From the NCBI GenBank assembly GCA_964513145.1, contig CAZELK010000006.1:2051-66050 (forward strand): a stretch of 64,000 nt of DNA. The letters are read 5' to 3'. A program made the position numbers and the translations under genes. Source of the stretch: Candidatus Woesearchaeota archaeon (GTDB lineage: Archaea; Nanobdellota; Nanobdellia; SCGC-AAA011-G17; JACPIM01). Positions 9,569-19,127 of the stretch are shown here, one piece after another. Under the pieces are notes generated by a model that saw only the letters and a list, made by a program, of their open reading frames with translations, was not told the origin of the DNA and did not search any database. Position 1 is the first letter of the stretch, and each line of letters begins with the position of its first letter.

Positions 9569-10099
9569 TTAAATTATACTAGCTTTTTTTATTACTACAT
9601 CAGTTAAAGGTTTATCGCTTGTGTCTCTTTTTGCATTACTTATTTTGTCAACAACATCCATACCTTCAACTACTTTACCGAATACTGGATGTTTTGCATC
9701 TAAGAAATTATTATCAACTGTATTTATAAAAAATTGACTGCCACCAGTATTAGGACCTGCATTTGCCATTGATATAGTACCACGATTATTTTTATTATTT
9801 TTTGTAAATTCATCCTTTATTACATACCCTGGACCGCCTCTTCCTGTTCCAGTTGGATCACCGCCCTGAATCATGAAGTTCGGAATAACCCTATGAAAAA
9901 TAACTCCGTCATAGAATTTTGAATTAACTAATTTTTTGAAATTATCAGATGTAATTGGCATTGTATTTTCAAATAATTCTATCTTTATATTACCAACAGA
10001 TGTTTCCAATAATACTATGCTGTTCATTTTATTTTCTGTTTTAGGTGTACAACCAGTTATTAAAAATAACATTAATAAGATTACTACCTCTTTCCGCAT
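9569..10099 (-). CDS. Cyclophilin-type peptidyl-prolyl cis-trans isomerase, lipoprotein
   Basis: Cyclophilin motifs (FHRVIPNFMIQGGDP, GTISMANAGPNTGGSQFFI). The likely start is MRKEVVILLMLFLITGC (lipobox LITGC). The track ORF extends 37 codons further upstream to 10210. Confidence 0.8.
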   Translation of the reverse strand: MRKEVVILLMLFLITGCTPKTENKMNSIVLLETSVGNIKIELFENTMPITSDNFKKLVNSKFYDGVIFHRVIPNFMIQGGDPTGTGRGGPGYVIKDEFTKNNKNNRGTISMANAGPNTGGSQFFINTVDNNFLDAKHPVFGKVVEGMDVVDKISNAKRDTSDKPLTDVVIKKASII

Positions 10100-10175
10100 T
10101 TTACTTATAATACTTGTCATATTTATATAACTTTCTAAGTGATAAATTTTTAAATGTAAAATATGTCTTATTATC

Positions 10176-10457
10176 ATGGTTAGATATAAACAAAGATGCA
10201 TGCGCTGCAAAAATAATATGGTTATTGTAACCCAGAATACAAAATTTCCTTTGTGCTACGACTGCCAAAAAGACGAACTGCATAAAGATATAAAAGACCC
10301 CAAAATGAAAAAGATGTTTGAAATACCTGAGGACTTTTATAAAAATAATGCGTTTTTAAGATCAATAAAAATCAATTACATCAGATTTGGAAAATTATCA
10401 GACAAACAAATAGAATGGTTTAATAAAACTGTAGATGGATTGAAGAAAGATAAATAA
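10176..10457 (+). CDS. zinc-ribbon protein (CxxC...CxxC), hypothetical
   Basis: 93 aa with CMRC...CYDC. Confidence 0.4.
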   Translation: MVRYKQRCMRCKNNMVIVTQNTKFPLCYDCQKDELHKDIKDPKMKKMFEIPEDFYKNNAFLRSIKINYIRFGKLSDKQIEWFNKTVDGLKKDK

Positions 10458-10467
10458 TATTGAAACA

Positions 10468-11778
10468 TTACGGTGTTAATCTTTCTGGATCGCGGGGGAG
10501 CAATATTGCTTCACGTACATTTTCCAGATTTAACATTCTCTGGATTAACCTGTCAAAACCAATACCTGCTCCGCCATGAGGGGGAGTTCCGTATTTGAAA
10601 ATATTAGCATAAAAAGACATTTTATCTAGATCTATTCCCTTTTCTTTAGACTGCTCTTTTAAAATATTATAATTATTTTCTCTTTGTGAGCCTGAAGAAA
10701 TTTCTACACCTTTGTAAACTAAATCAAATGATTTTGTAACTTTTTTATTTAAACTTGAACGCATTTGATAAAATGGTTTTTTCTCCCAAGGATATAGTGT
10801 AATAAAAACCATATCTGAATCATATTTTTCTTTTATTATCTCGCCAATTAATTTTTCGCCCTCTGAATCTAAATCTTCATTTTCTTTTAATTTTTTTCCT
10901 TTTTTCTCTATTAGTTTTTTTGCTTCTTCCAATGTAATTCTTGGGACTTGTTTTGGAATATCAATTTTTACATTTAACAAATCTAATTCTTCTTTGCATT
11001 TTTCTTTTACACTTGCCAGAACAAATTTCATTAACTCCTCAAGAACATCCATAACGTCGTTTTCATCTTTAATAAAACCCATTTCAATATCTATACCAGT
11101 AAATTCTGTTAAATGCCTTGTTGTATGGGATTTTTCTGCCCTGAAAACTTCACCAATCTCATAGACCCTTTCCATGCCTGAAACTACGAACATCTGCTTG
11201 TAAACTTGCGGACTTTGTGTTAGGAATGCTTCTTTACCAAAATAATCAATACTAAATTGTTCAGCTCCAGATTCTACACCACCAGCTGTTATTTTTGGAG
11301 TATTAATAGAAATAAATCCTTTTTCCTCGAAAAAATTAGAAACTATATTGAAAACTTTTGATCTTACCTTGAATATTGCTGAAATTTGCGGTCTTCTTAT
11401 ATCCAAAAATCTATAGTCTAATCTTTTATCTATTAATGTTTTTGATTTCTCTGATGTGTCTATAGGCAGAGGAGTTAGTGATTCTGATAAAATTTTTAAA
11501 TCTTCAACTGAAATTTCATAACCTTTTTTTGCTTCTTTGCTTGTCTTTACCTTTCCTTCGATTTCAACAACAGATTCTATTGATATTTTGTGAATTTTAT
11601 TGAACAAATTTTCATTTATATTTTCTTTATGAGAAACACATTGAATTAAACCAGTTTTATCTCTTAATAAAATAAACTGGACTTTACCTAAAGACCTTAT
11701 TTCAGAAACCCATCCTTTTACAAGGACTTTTTTATCATTTAATTTTTCATTTATTTCCGATATAAAAATACGATCCAT
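10468..11778 (-). CDS. aspS: Aspartyl-tRNA synthetase, archaeal type
   Basis: 436 aa. Motifs are FRAEKSHTTRHLTEFTGIDIEMGF and GIGFDRLIQRM...LLPRDPERLTP. N-terminal OB fold. Confidence 0.9.
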   Translation of the reverse strand: MDRIFISEINEKLNDKKVLVKGWVSEIRSLGKVQFILLRDKTGLIQCVSHKENINENLFNKIHKISIESVVEIEGKVKTSKEAKKGYEISVEDLKILSESLTPLPIDTSEKSKTLIDKRLDYRFLDIRRPQISAIFKVRSKVFNIVSNFFEEKGFISINTPKITAGGVESGAEQFSIDYFGKEAFLTQSPQVYKQMFVVSGMERVYEIGEVFRAEKSHTTRHLTEFTGIDIEMGFIKDENDVMDVLEELMKFVLASVKEKCKEELDLLNVKIDIPKQVPRITLEEAKKLIEKKGKKLKENEDLDSEGEKLIGEIIKEKYDSDMVFITLYPWEKKPFYQMRSSLNKKVTKSFDLVYKGVEISSGSQRENNYNILKEQSKEKGIDLDKMSFYANIFKYGTPPHGGAGIGFDRLIQRMLNLENVREAILLPRDPERLTP

Positions 11779-11822
11779 TAAAAATTTGGTGATAACAAGA
11801 ATTTATAACATTTGCGGTTGAA

Positions 11823-12281
11823 TTATGCGCCCTGAGCTATTTCTTTTGACCAGAACTCGTATGCCTCCTTATAAAATTTAAGCCCATTTTTCATTTCTTT
11901 TTCAGCATCCCTAAACTGAATATGGGAGACTCCATAAATTAGATTAGACAGACCATTTCTAAAAAATCTGTCATCTCTTTTTGGGAAATTTAGTTTTATT
12001 TCTTCAGGTATTCCAGAAAATTTGATAATATATTCATTGTCATTTTCGCTTCTTTTTTTATTATCATAAAAACAACATTTATATAATTTTATTAAGTCAT
12101 AAAGAAAAATTACTTTTTGCAGGAAATCCCTTTCCCTTGTTTTAATTTTTAACATTGGACACAAGCATAAGGATTTTCGAAATGCATTGCTTTCCAAAGA
12201 CTTTAAACTCACATTATCTACAAATTCTGAGATTCTTCCTTTATAAAAATTTATTTTAGTTTCTAATGAATTCTCACTCAT
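11823..12281 (-). CDS. hypothetical protein (152 aa)
   Basis: ORF in the track. No recognised motif. Confidence 0.45.
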   Translation of the reverse strand: MSENSLETKINFYKGRISEFVDNVSLKSLESNAFRKSLCLCPMLKIKTRERDFLQKVIFLYDLIKLYKCCFYDNKKRSENDNEYIIKFSGIPEEIKLNFPKRDDRFFRNGLSNLIYGVSHIQFRDAEKEMKNGLKFYKEAYEFWSKEIAQGA

Positions 12282-12455
12282 TTTTAAGTTTTTGAAATGT
12301 TTTACTTATTTAATCTTTTGCTAATGGATTAAAACCTTTTTTATAAAGTTTTGAATTGAGATAAATAATGGCGAAGTCAGTTATTTATATTGAAACATTA
12401 TAAACTTTTTAATCCTGGAAAATATAGTTCAAAGAATTTATTTTTAAGAATTATT

Positions 12456-12848
12456 TTAATATTTAAGAATTCTCAAATTAACTATTCTAGCATAATGAGC
12501 ATCCCCAGTTATAAGCTTTTCATTATTTATTCGAGCAATTGCAGCAATCATTATATCTTCTGTTTCTATTGTTAAACCTTTTTGTATAAGTTCAGCTTCT
12601 ATTTCAGCAGCTTCTTTTGCACTTTTCTCATCTAAATTTAATATCTCTAATGATTGTAAAAGTTCTATTATTTTAGATTTTTCTTTTTCTGATTGACCAG
12701 AGATTAAAGCGCCTGTCCAAAGTTCCATAACTGAAGGAGCTGCGATTGTTAATCTTGTTTCTGTTCTGTCAATTTCTTCTTTTAAAGCTTTTACTATTTC
12801 TTTTCCCTGCAACAAATCAATTATAAAACTTGTTTCTAAGCACGCCAT
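12456..12848 (-). CDS. vapC: PIN-domain ribonuclease (VapC-like toxin)
   Basis: 130 aa. N-terminal LETSFIIDLL carries the PIN acidic residue. A 4-nt-separated upstream partner (12851..13102) is present. Confidence 0.8.
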   Translation of the reverse strand: MACLETSFIIDLLQGKEIVKALKEEIDRTETRLTIAAPSVMELWTGALISGQSEKEKSKIIELLQSLEILNLDEKSAKEAAEIEAELIQKGLTIETEDIMIAAIARINNEKLITGDAHYARIVNLRILKY

Positions 12849-12850
12849 TT

Positions 12851-13102
12851 TTATTTTTCTTTAAATTTGTTAACAATTTGCTTTATTCTTAGTCTATGTG
12901 TTTCATTACGTTTTTTTCTTAATTCGTAAACTGAGTTTTCCAGTTTTCTTCCTTTTTCTTCCGATAAAATACCAAAAAAATTGCTAAGGGGCTTACGTTT
13001 TGAAACTCTAATAATTGTTTCACTAAAACTCTCTCTTGGGGCTTTTAATGATCTAAGGGCTTCATAAGCTTCCTTTGTTACAGTGATAGTTTTTATTGCC
13101 AT
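12851..13102 (-). CDS. VapB-like antitoxin (83 aa)
   Basis: Sits upstream of the PIN gene. Its N-terminus (AIKTITVTKEAYEALRSLK) is paralogous to 36064..36297 (ATKCITVTNEAYERLAHLK). Confidence 0.65.
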   Translation of the reverse strand: MAIKTITVTKEAYEALRSLKAPRESFSETIIRVSKRKPLSNFFGILSEEKGRKLENSVYELRKKRNETHRLRIKQIVNKFKEK

Positions 13103-13154
13103 ATTATGTTTAATAATGTTTAATTATATAAACGTTACTATGTTTAGTTTAGAA

Positions 13155-14579
13155 TTATTTTAATAATTTTTTTAATAAATCAGAAAGTTTTTTTCCGTCA
13201 ATTGAGCCTCTAAATGTTTTCATTGCTTCGCCCATTAAAGCTGAAAATGAAGCTCCTTTATTTTTAATTATTAATTCTTTTAATTTTATTTCTACTTCTT
13301 TTACATTAATTTGTTTATATTTATTTAAATCAATGTGCTTGCCTTGGGCTAAGTCCAATAATATCTCTTTTGCAGCTTCTCTTGTTATTCTTTTTTCTTG
13401 GAGATTTTTAAAAATAAACTCAAAATCTTTTTGTGATAATTTTTCTGGGCTGACATTAAATCTTCTTCTTATTTCTTTTGGATATTCAACCAATAACTCA
13501 GCCATCAAACTTGGATTTAGACAGTATTTTTCAGAATAATAGTCAAAAGGTATGCTTTCTTCCAAAATTTCTCTTGCAAGCTGTTCGTTTATTTTATATT
13601 TTTTCTCGAAATTTATTGCTCTTTCTGTTAGTAATTCTGGTATTTCAATTTGAGACAATAACTCTTTTGTTATTCTTATTAGAACTATATCTGTCTCAAC
13701 ATACATTCTGGAGCCTGTTGGCATTGGTCTTAAAAATGTTGATGTGAAATCCGGCTCAACTTTTCTAACTTCTGCTTTTAATTCTTTTTTATTTTTTATA
13801 TTTTCTAATTGCCTATTTATTTCATTTTCTATTGTTTTTGGAATTCCTCTTAAATCCTGAAAACCTTTTAATTCTACTCTTGGATGGTCTTTAATACTTA
13901 CATTCACATCCTGTCTTATTGAACCCAATCCAGATTTAAATTTTCCTGTTGATTTTAATATCATCCCCAAATATTCAGCAATTTCTTTTGCATGTTCGGG
14001 ATCTTTTATACTTGAATCTGTTGCTATTTCTATTAATGGAATTCCTAGTCTGTCTAAATTATAAATAACTGATTTTTCATCTTGTTTTATTTTTTTAGCC
14101 GCTTCTTCTTCTAAACAAATTGTGGGAATTTTTACTTCCCCTTTTGAAGTTTTTATAGAACCATTAATTGCGATTAAAGTAGTTCTTTGGAAACCAGAAA
14201 TATTAGAACCGTCAACTATAACCTTTCTCATTATTTGAATTTCATCAATTATTTTTGCATTTGTTAAAATAGCAACCTGTAAAGCAACTTTTAGTGCTTC
14301 TTTATTTAATTTTTCGGGCGGGGATTCGTCCAAATCAACTAAACAAGTTGTGTCTTTATTAATTTCATATATAAAGATTTTATCTTTTTGTGTTTCATAT
14401 AAAGCAGCTATATCTATTCCCCCTAATTCTCCGGCAGAAGCTTTTAATTTTCTTTTAATTGTATGGTCTACTTTTTCTGTATTTGTCAAAGAAGGACATT
14501 CACAAAATAATTTATGAGTTTCAATCTGCCTGTGAATTTCTAGACCAATACGTAAACCTAATTCTTTATAATTTAGCAT
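13155..14579 (-). CDS. gatE: Glu-tRNA(Gln) amidotransferase subunit E, compact form
   Basis: 474 aa. GLEIHRQI..KLFCEC and the GatE-specific VDGSNISGFQRTTLIAINGSI. It is ~150 aa shorter than typical GatE (~620 aa); the AspRS-like insertion domain appears absent or reduced. Confidence 0.75.
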   Translation of the reverse strand: MLNYKELGLRIGLEIHRQIETHKLFCECPSLTNTEKVDHTIKRKLKASAGELGGIDIAALYETQKDKIFIYEINKDTTCLVDLDESPPEKLNKEALKVALQVAILTNAKIIDEIQIMRKVIVDGSNISGFQRTTLIAINGSIKTSKGEVKIPTICLEEEAAKKIKQDEKSVIYNLDRLGIPLIEIATDSSIKDPEHAKEIAEYLGMILKSTGKFKSGLGSIRQDVNVSIKDHPRVELKGFQDLRGIPKTIENEINRQLENIKNKKELKAEVRKVEPDFTSTFLRPMPTGSRMYVETDIVLIRITKELLSQIEIPELLTERAINFEKKYKINEQLAREILEESIPFDYYSEKYCLNPSLMAELLVEYPKEIRRRFNVSPEKLSQKDFEFIFKNLQEKRITREAAKEILLDLAQGKHIDLNKYKQINVKEVEIKLKELIIKNKGASFSALMGEAMKTFRGSIDGKKLSDLLKKLLK

Positions 14580-15054
14580 TTTTTACTTTATTACTTAATC
14601 TATCCCATTTCATAGTATCTTTTTCAAAAAAAGATAATGCTTTTACTAAGTTCTTTTTATTTAAAGATTTTGATATGCAAATCCATCGACCATAATTATC
14701 TAATTTTATTTTTTTCATTGGTAATAGTTTAGATAATATCTCATGACATCCCCTGATTATTTTTTTACTTTTACACGAAACTTGTATATTTCTTGTTTTT
14801 CTAAGTACATGCCCTTCAAAAGTCATAAAGCCACATAAAAAGGCAATTCGAAATTTTAAATTTGAATTTTTAATCAATTTTGGTTCTGTTACAGTATACG
14901 TTTTCTCACCTAAAGGAAAGCCCAAAAATTTATTTAAGTATCTAACAACAATTTTATTATCTAAATCAATTCTAAAGGCTTTCTTTTTCTTACATTTCTT
15001 TAATTTCGATTTTATTCCAAATATATGAAAAATCCAACCTTGAAGTTTTAGCAT
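14566..15054 (-). CDS. LAGLIDADG-like (single-motif) homing-endonuclease-like protein
   Basis: 162 aa, very basic. Carries RIAFLCGFMTFEGHV, which resembles LAGFIDGDG. Confidence 0.4.
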   Translation of the reverse strand: MLKLQGWIFHIFGIKSKLKKCKKKKAFRIDLDNKIVVRYLNKFLGFPLGEKTYTVTEPKLIKNSNLKFRIAFLCGFMTFEGHVLRKTRNIQVSCKSKKIIRGCHEILSKLLPMKKIKLDNYGRWICISKSLNKKNLVKALSFFEKDTMKWDRLSNKVKNAKL

Positions 15055-15164
15055 TGAACTCTCATACGCTTCTGTAATATTTATAGCGTTGGATATTGTT
15101 AAAGTAATTTGTTTATTTTCTCTAAATTTATATAGTTCTTTAGGAATAATTGATATTGTATTTT

Positions 15165-15722
15165 TTAGTGTGTATTTTTTAGTCTAATTCTTAAAGCCTT
15201 TTTTGTTTTAAATATTTTAAATTCGTAATTATTATTTTTTAAAATTTTAATTAAATCTTCTTTAATTTTTGAATCTTTAATTTCTATTCCTATCCTATTA
15301 CATATATTGCCGTCTGCTGCATGCGCTCCACAAATTTTCGCTAGATCTATATTAATAGTTTTAACAGCTTTTATTGGTTTCGACTTATTACTATTACATT
15401 TAATATATTCAACATTTTCATTTATTAAATTAAAGTATTTGGGAGCTTTACATAAGGATATGACCATTTCAAATAAGGGAATTGGAATCCATTCGCGATC
15501 ATTATAAATTATTTCTTCAATTGGTCCTAAACTACATTTTAATCTATTCTTAATAATTCTAGATAACTCCTTCTTTGATAATTGCTTTTCTTCTATTATT
15601 TGGTTGAATAAACCCATAAAACTCTTTCTTAAATTCTTTCCCTTAAAACAAATCCAACTTTTTGGCGAGATATCTACTTTTTTATCATGAAGTTTAAATA
15701 AATCAAATTTATTTTTAGACAT
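15165..15722 (-). CDS. LAGLIDADG-like (single-motif) homing-endonuclease-like protein
   Basis: 185 aa with LAKICGAHAADGNI. Adjacent to and co-directional with 14566..15054. Confidence 0.4.
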   Translation of the reverse strand: MSKNKFDLFKLHDKKVDISPKSWICFKGKNLRKSFMGLFNQIIEEKQLSKKELSRIIKNRLKCSLGPIEEIIYNDREWIPIPLFEMVISLCKAPKYFNLINENVEYIKCNSNKSKPIKAVKTINIDLAKICGAHAADGNICNRIGIEIKDSKIKEDLIKILKNNNYEFKIFKTKKALRIRLKNTH

Positions 15723-15944
15723 TTAATAATGGTAGGTAAGTTATTATATAAACTGCAGGCTGGTCTTTGTCTTGTCTAGTAGTTTTGTCCTGTTGTTAAA
15801 ATGTTGTTATAAGCCTTATAAATCAATTTTAGTCCGAAAGATTTTTGGTTGTCTTGTATTAATTTTCGGAGAAGTCGGAAATTTTACGAAATTAATAGTT
15901 CTAGAACACAAATCTTTTTATATTAATCTTATCACGAATAATTT

Positions 15945-16235
15945 ATGGGTGGGGGTACAGGTGATTGCGAACTTGGAGATTCTGAGTTAAAGGAAGTTTA
16001 TAGTTTAGAATTTTTAACAACTATTGATGGGGAAGAATTTACAAGGAAGCAAATTGGCTTTTCAAAGGAGAAGTTTGTTGTTTTAAATGTACATGGCTCC
16101 AGATGTGAACATAAAGAGGTTCAAATAGGTCCTGATTTATATGCTTTATTTAAGGAACAAGCTTTAAAAGGAAGTTATAGGTCTGCAAAAGAGTTTTGTG
16201 CAGGCTTAGAAAAATCTCCTGAGAAAATTTATTAA
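15945..16235 (+). CDS. hypothetical protein (96 aa)
   Basis: ORF in the track. Convergent with gatD (stop overlap). Confidence 0.35.
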   Translation: MGGGTGDCELGDSELKEVYSLEFLTTIDGEEFTRKQIGFSKEKFVVLNVHGSRCEHKEVQIGPDLYALFKEQALKGSYRSAKEFCAGLEKSPEKIY

Positions 16236-17515
16236 TTTATTTCTGTTCTTTTTGATATTTCGCCATGTAAATTTTCATGAAATAATTCCTTAACTTTATT
16301 TTTAGGATAATTGCTTAAAAGCCAGGCTATTTTTATAAAAGCAGTTTCTGTTAATATATCCAGTAAATTTCCTATTACTCCTGCTTCCTGCAATAAACGA
16401 CCTGTAGAATAAACATTCATATTTATTCTACCGTAAATTGTTTGGGAGGTAGCTATTACAGGAATTTTTTTAGCTAATTTTTTTATTTCATTGTATATTT
16501 TTTTATTTTCTTTTGTGTATTTGTCAATTTCATTTATTGGAAAATTACCTGCAAGACCAAAACCTTCCAATATTAGCGCATCAAAATTTCTGTAATTAGA
16601 TATCTCTTTTGAAATCATATTTGGGTGTGATTTAAGAATGCCTATTTTCAATTTAGAATTAAATAGATTTAATTTTAAAGATTTATTTTCTTTTTTAACA
16701 TGCGGCTTTAAGAATGTAATATTGCCTTTTGAACTAATTCTTGCAATTGGCGAATCATTAACAACTTTAAAGGCATCTCTTGATGACGTGTGCATTTTTC
16801 TTGTTTTTAATGACGGCATTATCAAGCAGTTATCATCATTTGTTGATTCGTGCATGCAAATTGCAACGCCCTGAAAATCTGTTTTTGCTATAAAATTCGC
16901 TGCAGATATCAAATTTAATGCTGCATCAGTACTACCCCTGTCTGAGCTTCTTTGAGAACCTACCAAAATTACCGGGACATTTAAATTTTCCAGAATAAAT
17001 GTTAATGATGCTGATGTGAAGGCTAATGTGTCTGTGCCATGAGTTATTATTATGCCGTCAACCCCTTCTTTTATTTCCTTTTCAATTTCCTTTGCTATAA
17101 TATTATAGTGATTAAAATTCATGTCTTCTGAGAACATGCTGCTGATTAACCTTGATTTTATATTTGCTATTTTTTGAAGCTCGGGAAACATTGCAATGAT
17201 TTCTTCTGGGGTAAATTTTGATATTACACCCCCAGTTTCATAAGAAACCCTGCTTGAGATTGTTCCACCAGTATGAAGAATAGAAATTGTTTTTAGTTCT
17301 TTTTTAAATTGGATCTTTTGCTGTTCCTGATTTTTCTCTTCAAATTTCTTTATTAATTTTATAGATTTAATATTCTTTTTTAGAATTCCAATATTATACC
17401 CTGAAGACAACTTTATTACAATAATTTCCTTATTTTCTGATGGAACAAATGCCCCATTTAATACCCCTTTATTTGTGCTGATCTCTATTAAGTCGCCCAA
17501 ATTAAAATTCTGCAT
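16232..17515 (-). CDS. gatD: Glu-tRNA(Gln) amidotransferase subunit D (asparaginase-like)
   Basis: 427 aa. Asparaginase motifs HTGGTI and THGTDT, with the GatD N-terminal domain. Confidence 0.85.
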   Translation of the reverse strand: MQNFNLGDLIEISTNKGVLNGAFVPSENKEIIVIKLSSGYNIGILKKNIKSIKLIKKFEEKNQEQQKIQFKKELKTISILHTGGTISSRVSYETGGVISKFTPEEIIAMFPELQKIANIKSRLISSMFSEDMNFNHYNIIAKEIEKEIKEGVDGIIITHGTDTLAFTSASLTFILENLNVPVILVGSQRSSDRGSTDAALNLISAANFIAKTDFQGVAICMHESTNDDNCLIMPSLKTRKMHTSSRDAFKVVNDSPIARISSKGNITFLKPHVKKENKSLKLNLFNSKLKIGILKSHPNMISKEISNYRNFDALILEGFGLAGNFPINEIDKYTKENKKIYNEIKKLAKKIPVIATSQTIYGRINMNVYSTGRLLQEAGVIGNLLDILTETAFIKIAWLLSNYPKNKVKELFHENLHGEISKRTEIN

Positions 17516-17921
17516 TTATTTTAAATAAAATTACAAGTATAAAAATTATATTATTTTAAACTTTTATAAAATTGAGTTAATATGTTTACTAGAAAATATA
17601 TTTTCAAACTTATATCTTCTACTTCAAAAATATTTATATATTCAGAAAGAGTAAATAAATAATATTAAATTAAAAAGTTCATTTCGTGTGTTTGATTTTA
17701 ATTGGCGTTAAAATCAACTTAGTGTGTTTGAAATGAAATTTGGCTAATTTATTTCTAAACTAATTAGATTTATTTTCTTTGGCTTGAGTTTAAATCATTT
17801 AATCATTAAACCCTGAAAATTTATTTCTAAGAAGAATATATTATGAACTATAATATAAACTTTGTTGTGGTTCAGTATATATATCAAGATCAAAAATAAA
17901 AAAGTGGGGAGGAGAGTTAAT

Positions 17922-19022
17922 ATGATGGAAAGTTTTGTAAACCAGGCTTTGAAAAATACTAAAGAATTTGGTATGGATGATGTTCATGTTGGTGTAGCCA
18001 ACATTAAGGTTGTAGGTTGTGGTGGTGGAGGAAGTAATACTGTTACTTGGCTTCATAAGAAGGGTATTTCTGGAGCAGAGGTTGTAGCTCTTAATACTGA
18101 TAAACAGCATCTTGAAATTTCAAGTGCTGATTACAAAATTTTAATTGGAAAAGAATTAACAAGGGGTTTAGGCTGCGGCGGATTTCCTGAAAAGGGAAGA
18201 GAAGCAGCTAAAGAAAGTTTGCATGATTTAAAAGAAGTTTTGAAAAGTTCTGACATGGTTTTTGTTTGCGCTGGTTTGGGCGGAGGAACTGGAAGCGGAA
18301 GTGCACCAGTTGTAGCTCAATTAGCAAGAGAACAAGGGGCTATTGTTATTGGTACTGTTACTATGCCTTTTGATATTGAAAGGGCCAGGGTTGATAAAGC
18401 TGAATTTGCTTTACAACAATTAAGAGAAGTTAGTGATACTGTTATTGTTATTGACAACAACAGATTAACGAGTATTGCAGGAAACTTACCAATACAACAA
18501 GCATTTGCTGTTGCAAATGAATTAATTTCTACAATGATTAAGGGTATTGTTGAAACAATTGCAGTTCCATCATTAGTAAACTTAGACTATGCTGATGTAA
18601 AGGCAATAATGTCCAATGGTGATGTATCTGTTGTTGGTATTGGAGAAAGTGATACTGATTCAAGAGTAGAGGAAGCAACAAGAAGGGCATTAACAAACCC
18701 ATTATTGGATGTAAGTTATGATGGTGCAACTGGCGCTTTGATACACATAACTGGCGGAGATGACTTAACTTTAGATGAGGTCAATAGAACTGGTGAATTA
18801 ATTACTGAGAGTCTAGACCCTGATGCTAATGTTATCATGGGTGCAAGAATTGAACCTAGCATGAAAGGCAAGATAAGAGTTATGACTATTATAACTGGCG
18901 TAAACTCCCCATATATTCTTGGAAGGGTTGACAAGAAAAAATTTGCTAACCCTGGAGTGAAAGTTAGCCCTGATTTAGGGATAGACATGGTTGGGCTAAC
19001 TGCAGCTACAAGAAGGTTTTAA
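17922..19022 (+). CDS. ftsZ: Cell division GTPase FtsZ
   Basis: GGGTGSG tubulin signature. The N-terminus is MMESFVNQAL.. and GGGGEG aligns 8 nt upstream of ATG 17922. The track ORF starts at an upstream Met, 17862. Confidence 0.9.
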   Translation: MMESFVNQALKNTKEFGMDDVHVGVANIKVVGCGGGGSNTVTWLHKKGISGAEVVALNTDKQHLEISSADYKILIGKELTRGLGCGGFPEKGREAAKESLHDLKEVLKSSDMVFVCAGLGGGTGSGSAPVVAQLAREQGAIVIGTVTMPFDIERARVDKAEFALQQLREVSDTVIVIDNNRLTSIAGNLPIQQAFAVANELISTMIKGIVETIAVPSLVNLDYADVKAIMSNGDVSVVGIGESDTDSRVEEATRRALTNPLLDVSYDGATGALIHITGGDDLTLDEVNRTGELITESLDPDANVIMGARIEPSMKGKIRVMTIITGVNSPYILGRVDKKKFANPGVKVSPDLGIDMVGLTAATRRF

Positions 19023-19028
19023 GCTCCT

Positions 19029-19096
19029 GGGCATACTTTCCCCCATGCCCATGCTAAATCTTGCTAGTGCCATAGGCACTAGCTACTTTTTTTTAT
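19029..19096 (+). terminator. two GC-containing hairpins followed by a T9 run downstream of ftsZ
   Basis: GGGCAT-n10-ATGCCC, then GCTAGTGCC-ata-GGCACTAGC, then tactttttttttattttt. Confidence 0.35.
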
Positions 19097-19127
19097 TTTT
19101 AAACAGTTATACACAAGGAGATAAGAG

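Noticed and set aside
10100-10210. N-terminal 37-codon extension of the cyclophilin ORF.
   Set aside because: An internal Met gives a canonical signal peptide plus lipobox (MRKEVVILLMLFLITGC). The extension is His/Leu-rich, unlike a signal sequence.
10453-12410. Shared 14-mer atattgaaacatta at 10455 and 12393.
   Set aside because: A single 14-nt match in 64 kb of ~30% GC DNA is within chance expectation, with no flanking similarity.
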